IMG/VR virus record: IMGVR_UViG_3300036825_000059
Location: 1 to 46,963 of that record
DNA: 46,963 nucleotides
Source: a virus
Taxonomy: Duplodnaviria > Caudoviricetes
Strand: one strand, 5' to 3'
The notes below the pieces were generated by a model. It was not told the DNA's origin and did no database searches. It saw only the letters and a list, made by a program, of their open reading frames with translations. The translations under genes were made by a program, and so were the position numbers. Positions 44,683-46,963 of this stretch are shown piece by piece (the stretch's first letter is position 1; every line of letters starts with the position of its first letter).

Positions 44683-44720
44683 AAAAAAAACCCGATCGCC
44701 GCACGGGGCGGAGTCGGGTT
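44683..44720 (-). terminator. Terminator between Q-like gene and late operon (tR'-like)
   Basis: Minus: AACCCGA..CCGC..GCGG..TCGGGTT followed by T-run. Confidence 0.7.
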
Positions 44721-44801
44721 CGAGAGCCGTATTTCAGGGGTCTCAGCCACGCATGCGGCGTCTACGCATACTGTCTGCAACCTAGCGGAATACTAGCTCA
44801 T

Positions 44802-45377
44802 TCACGCCGTTTTTGGGGCTACATGCGGTCGAGGGTGGGCGGCGCTGGCAAAACGCCCGTTTTCCCCGCGCGGTTGATGCGCGGCCGCGTCTTTCCGAAA
44901 ATCCGATAGCTGGATGACGTGCGAGTCGACATAACGGCCGCATTGCAGCGCGCTATACGCGCGCAAAACGCGCCGATCGCGAAAATACCGGATGCGATCG
45001 CGGATCGTGTCGCGGCTCAGGTCGTAATGGTCCATCAGGTCGGGTATCCGTAAATTCCAGATATAGAAACAGATGAAGGCCATTTTCCGGTCGGTCATCG
45101 GCTCGGAATTAACGGCCTTGTTCCAGCGGTTGAGTTCGGCGTCGCATGGCGCATCAGGCAATGAGGACGGCAGACCCGGGGGCGTGCGCAAACGCGCCAG
45201 CAGGTTTTTAGGTGGCGGTGGGGCAAACAGTTTGCGCGTCCGGTGCCAGTGCGCCCATTGCAGACAGAAAAGGTGCATGTTCGTTTCGCGATTCACGGTG
45301 GAGACTCCCTCAGTCGATAGGCGGGTCTCCCGGCTCGTCTGAGGTTCCGTGAATACGTTGCGCCTCATAGTGCGCAA
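44802..45377 (-). CDS. Putative late regulator (Q-like antiterminator); start uncertain
   Basis: QWAHW near N-terminus, C-terminal HTH-like LMDHYDLSRDTIRDRI; upstream of terminator and late genes. Confidence 0.55.
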   Translation of the reverse strand: MRTMRRNVFTEPQTSRETRLSTEGVSTVNRETNMHLFCLQWAHWHRTRKLFAPPPPKNLLARLRTPPGLPSSLPDAPCDAELNRWNKAVNSEPMTDRKMAFICFYIWNLRIPDLMDHYDLSRDTIRDRIRYFRDRRVLRAYSALQCGRYVDSHVIQLSDFRKDAAAHQPRGENGRFASAAHPRPHVAPKTA

Positions 45378-45831
45378 TCAGTTGTTCGGCCGCGAGTGCG
45401 CCCTGTGCATCCGGGAGCGCTGGCCATAGGAAGTGATACGCGCGAGGGGTCCGCAGAAAATCAATGACCCGTTTGTGGTGCTCGCGAAAATCGGTTTCGT
45501 CCAGGTTCTCGTATGCGATCGAGCGCGGTATCGCGACGAGCTCGCCATCGGGACCGGCGATGTAATCGCAATGGCCGGCCCCGCATGTGAGCCAGGCGCG
45601 GAGCTGGTCGGCGTTGCCGAACGTCTCCTGCGATTCGAAAATCAGTTTGAGTAGCGCGAAGTGCGCGCGGTGAAATTCGGGGGTGCGCGGTTCTTTCCAG
45701 GTGAAGGCGAGCGTTTCGCCAATGTCGAGCTCGTCGACGAGACGCACGAAGCGATCATAGGCGCGCTCGTCGGCGTCGGTGTAGCCGTGTAGCTGGCCGT
45801 CGCCCTCTTTCACCAGTACGATGCGCGCCAT
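45310..45831 (-). CDS. DUF1367-like protein
   Basis: PRTPEFHRAHFALL..LRAWL..AGH..IPRSIAYENLDE. Confidence 0.78.
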   Translation of the reverse strand: MARIVLVKEGDGQLHGYTDADERAYDRFVRLVDELDIGETLAFTWKEPRTPEFHRAHFALLKLIFESQETFGNADQLRAWLTCGAGHCDYIAGPDGELVAIPRSIAYENLDETDFREHHKRVIDFLRTPRAYHFLWPALPDAQGALAAEQLIAHYEAQRIHGTSDEPGDPPID

Positions 45832-46094
45832 CAGCCGACCTCCTCGAGTTCGGGTATGTCGACGACCTCGAACACCGGGGAGATGCGCTGGTTGACTTTC
45901 TCGGCTTCGCGCGTCGCGCGATCGCACCACGCGCGCAGCTCGCGGCGTGCAGTCTCTGCGGCGTAGTCGCCAAAGCGCACGCGCACGCGCGCAATGAGCT
46001 TGTGGCCTTTCAGAAAATGACCGTCGCGCGCGTCCGCGGCCGCTTCACAGAAGCGGGTCCAGCACGCGGCGGCGCTGTCTGCGTCCGCGTCCAT
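45831..46094 (-). CDS. Hypothetical protein
   Basis: GGAG RBS; TGATG coupling with downstream gene. Confidence 0.62.
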   Translation of the reverse strand: MDADADSAAACWTRFCEAAADARDGHFLKGHKLIARVRVRFGDYAAETARRELRAWCDRATREAEKVNQRISPVFEVVDIPELEEVG

Positions 46095-46213
46095 CTTTAT
46101 GTACTCTCCCTGGCGGCGTCGCGTTGGGCGCCGACATGAAGCATAGGACGATTACGGCAAAAGTAAAATTCCAGCCATCCCGTAACGCCCTAGATATGGG
46201 GGTCGGCGCGGAA

Positions 46214-46238
46214 TCATATCATTGCAAATTGATATGAT
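46214..46238 (+). promoter_or_regulatory. TCATATCAT / TGATATGAT boxes (16-bp period) in divergent promoter region
   Basis: ATCATATCA-ttgcaaat-TGATATGAT, also palindromic. Confidence 0.78.
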
Positions 46239-46341
46239 TAGAGAGGTTGCTCAGGTAGAGTTATTGGCTTACTAGCGGTAGCTCATTAATATGGTTCTGA
46301 CGGCGAACGAGAGAGCGCCGGACCTACCAGGAGCAAGCAAC

Positions 46342-46881
46342 ATGAGCACGAACTACATCAGCGTGACCGAGACGGCCGCAATGATCCGCAAGGCACTTAA
46401 AGAAGCGTTCCCCGGCATCAAGTTCGGCGTGCGTTCCAGCAAGTACGCCGGGGGCGCGACGATTAGCGTGCGCTGGACGGACGGCCCGAACGCGGCCCAG
46501 GTCGACTCGGTCGTAACGATTTTCCAGGGCTCGTATTTCGACGGGTCGCAGGACTACAAGGGAAGTCGTTTCGCGATGATCGACGGCCGGCGCGTAAGTT
46601 TCGGCGCGGATTCGGTCCACACGAACCGCATGAATTCGCGGGCAGCATGCGAGCGGATCGCGCGCCGGTTCCCGGAAATGCAACTGCAGATTACAGGCTC
46701 GGACGATTGGGGCTGGAATATCGGCGGCCGGGGCTCGTTTGATGAACTACGTCCGGTCTCTGAGGCGTTGCGCAAGCATTCCGACCGGTTACGGATTGAG
46801 AGAAGTTTGACCGCCGGCAAGGTTATCTATTTGGGGAATGATGGGTATTCTGATATTGGCGCCCTTCGCGCTGACATTTAA
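46342..46881 (+). CDS. LPD29 (large polyvalent protein domain 29)-like protein
   Basis: ETAAMIRKALKEAFPGIKFGVRS..YAGG..I.V.WTDGP..FDGSQD; AGGAG RBS. Confidence 0.8.
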   Translation: MSTNYISVTETAAMIRKALKEAFPGIKFGVRSSKYAGGATISVRWTDGPNAAQVDSVVTIFQGSYFDGSQDYKGSRFAMIDGRRVSFGADSVHTNRMNSRAACERIARRFPEMQLQITGSDDWGWNIGGRGSFDELRPVSEALRKHSDRLRIERSLTAGKVIYLGNDGYSDIGALRADI

Positions 46882-46963
46882 CGAGGGAATGAAGAAATGA
46901 CCAAAAAAAACGACGAGAGCCAGCAGGCAACACCCGCCAGCCAACGCCGTCCAGGACGTGAAG
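46737..46963 (+). repeat. Terminal direct repeat, right copy
   Basis: 227-bp match to 1-227 with one mismatch. Confidence 0.97.

Larger units (their letters stand above)
1..46963. mobile_element. Complete temperate myovirus-type phage / probable phage-plasmid (unit length ~46,736 bp)
   Basis: Full packaging, head, contractile tail and lysis modules, plus ParA/RHH partition pair, TA module, integrase and terminal redundancy. Confidence 0.92.

Noticed and set aside
44712-44735. GGGTTCGAG resembling a tRNA T-loop or att core
   Set aside because: No cloverleaf or T-stem complement; part of a terminator arm; no tRNA seen in the window

Overview
The window is an apparently complete ~46.7 kb temperate contractile-tailed (myovirus-type) phage genome. 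The high GC and gene content suggest a Burkholderiaceae-like host (inference). The contig looks circular: positions 1-227 repeat at 46737-46963 with one mismatch. It looks like a phage-plasmid, since it carries a ParA plus a small ribbon-helix-helix partner, a putative Rep with an internal origin and a structured leader, and a HigBA-type addiction module, but it also encodes an intact tyrosine integrase. Layout: (+) early/anti-defence cluster (LPD29 protein, small acidic ORFs, KlcA/ArdB); (-) rep; (+) Bet/exonuclease recombination genes, integrase and accessory ORFs. The rest is one long (-) block: Q-like regulator, ParB-N protein, C5 methylase, terminases, portal, head, neck, sheath/tube, tape measure, baseplate, three fibre/spike genes, holin, GH19 endolysin, par operon and small accessory ORFs. 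Main observations: (1) a small head-module ORF (37637-38026) seems stitched together from signature motifs of tail fibre, terminase, Mu-F head protein and portal, and may be a decoy; (2) a 16-bp-period TCATATCAT repeat sits at seven intergenic regions, a candidate dispersed centromere and global operator, in a genome with no recognisable CI; (3) two convergent stand-alone RNA polymerase alpha-CTD mimics; (4) terminators punctuate the late operon; (5) two tandem fibres share an N-terminal anchor; (6) a -1 frameshift site in the tail chaperone. All family calls come from motif recognition by eye, not database searches.
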